From Verrucomicrobiota bacterium (lineage in GTDB: Bacteria; Verrucomicrobiota; Verrucomicrobiia; Limisphaerales; CANJXF01), in the NCBI GenBank assembly GCA_038214755.1, contig JBBQRQ010000098.1, forward strand, positions 1-19,162: DNA of 19,162 nt, written 5' to 3'. The first letter of the stretch is position 1; every line of letters begins with the position of its first letter. Below are positions 18,299 to 19,162 of the stretch, piece by piece. Both the position numbers and the translations under genes were made by a program. The notes under the pieces were generated by a model. The model worked only from the letters and a program-made list of their open reading frames with translations. It was not told the DNA's origin and ran no database searches.

Positions 18299-18586
18299 AT
18301 GGATTTTGACTGGAACAACCCGCCGTTCAACTTGGATCAAGCCCTCAAATTACCAGAGATTGAGGAATCGTTTGAGGATCCATTCGCAGTCCGTTTGCTT
18401 CCCGATTCATCGCGATTTGCCGTGCAGGCTCGTTTTTTCAACTTGGGCGTTTCGGCAAGCGGCACTGGAATTTTTACGATTTATCGCACAAACGGAAAAC
18501 AGGCCCGCGTGATTTTTGCGCGCGTGTTCCAGCCGGAAGAACAATTTTTTTATCAACGCAAATTGAATCAGTCCCTGGCGCAATAA
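18299..18586 (+). CDS. BrnT-like (DUF497-type) toxin homologue, divergent
   Basis: MDFDW start, EESFEDP, RFFNLG, and RVIFAR...EEQFFY parallel the BrnT pattern (FEWD...F.DP...R...LG...RIISAR...E...Y). 95 aa; toxin-before-antitoxin order. Confidence 0.7.
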   Translation: MDFDWNNPPFNLDQALKLPEIEESFEDPFAVRLLPDSSRFAVQARFFNLGVSASGTGIFTIYRTNGKQARVIFARVFQPEEQFFYQRKLNQSLAQ

Positions 18587-18587
18587 A

Positions 18588-18890
18588 ATGAATGCAATTT
18601 CAAATTGGAACGAAGTCCCCATGTTCGACCGCGAAGAAGCGGAGGCTTCGTTCTGGGCGGAGAATCGAATTGAAGTGCGGTTGATGGAATCGTCAGTGGC
18701 GGCGGGCAGCGAAATCTCCGATTCAGTCACGATCACGTTGCGGATCGATCCGCGAATGCTCGCGCGCATCAAGCGTCTGGCCCGGTCTCGCTATTTAAAT
18801 TATCAAAGCATGATCAAGCAATGGCTCAGCGAGCGGATGGAGCAGGAACTTGATCAACGCGCCAGTAGCAACAGCCGCGCGCAAAGTTAA
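18588..18890 (+). CDS. BrnA/CopG-type antitoxin with C-terminal ribbon-helix-helix domain
   Basis: VPMFDREEAEASFW at the N terminus and VTITLRIDPRMLARIKRLARSRYLNYQSMIKQWLSERM at the C terminus. Starts 1 bp after the toxin-like stop. Confidence 0.8.
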   Translation: MNAISNWNEVPMFDREEAEASFWAENRIEVRLMESSVAAGSEISDSVTITLRIDPRMLARIKRLARSRYLNYQSMIKQWLSERMEQELDQRASSNSRAQS

Positions 18891-18895
18891 TTTTT

Positions 18896-19162
18896 ATGGA
18901 AACGAATAATTTTAGACTGGGAAAAAAGCAACTGGGACAGAAGGCATTTACGCTGATTGAGTTGCTTGTCGTAATTGCCATCATCGGCCTTCTCGCCGCA
19001 CTCATTACCAATCTGGCAGGCCCAGCCGCCACCAAAAGAAAAATTGCCCGCGTCCAATCGGAGCTCGCGCAGATTGAAACCGCGATTGAGGCGTATCAGG
19101 CGAAGAAGAATTTTTATCCGCCGAACAACGGCAAGATGACGAGCGATGGCCCCGCTCGACCT
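18896..19162 (+). CDS. Prepilin-type / GspG-like pseudopilin, 3'-truncated by the window end
   Basis: Manual translation from ATG 18896: [76 protein letters not shown], open to the window end. Absent from the ORF track because it has no stop. Confidence 0.9.
   Translation, partial: METNNFRLGKKQLGQKAFTLIELLVVIAIIGLLAALITNLAGPAATKRKIARVQSELAQIETAIEAYQAKKNFYPPNNGKMTSDGPARP

Overview
Bacterial chromosomal window. The gene content (several prepilin/H-X9-DG proteins, a pilB-pilT-pilB-pilC cluster, many REP-type palindromes) suggests Verrucomicrobiota/PVC; this is inference. Left to right: (1) a complete IS110-family element (16..1252, minus strand) inserted at a CT core inside a REP-like hairpin; (2) xdhC and a secreted Sel1-repeat protein; (3) a methylcitrate cluster prpB-prpC-[prepilin-like gene]-prpD; (4) a small hypothetical protein and a class-III (AGXT2-like) aminotransferase on the minus strand; (5) a secreted beta-helix protein; (6) a type IV pilus/T2SS cluster (pilB, pilT, pilB2, pilC), a divergent BrnT/BrnA-like pair and the start of a pseudopilin. 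The strongest signal is the non-coding end of the IS110, which reads as a bridge RNA. Its four guide segments match the element's own ends (donor ACCGTTG-CT-TGTAT) and the REP target it sits in (GTTCCCT-CT-CCTCG), and a sigma70-like promoter forms only at the circle junction. Other notable items are a GTAG-type palindromic element lying in frame inside prpD and an 81-bp duplicate of the pilB 3' end that differs only at synonymous positions.
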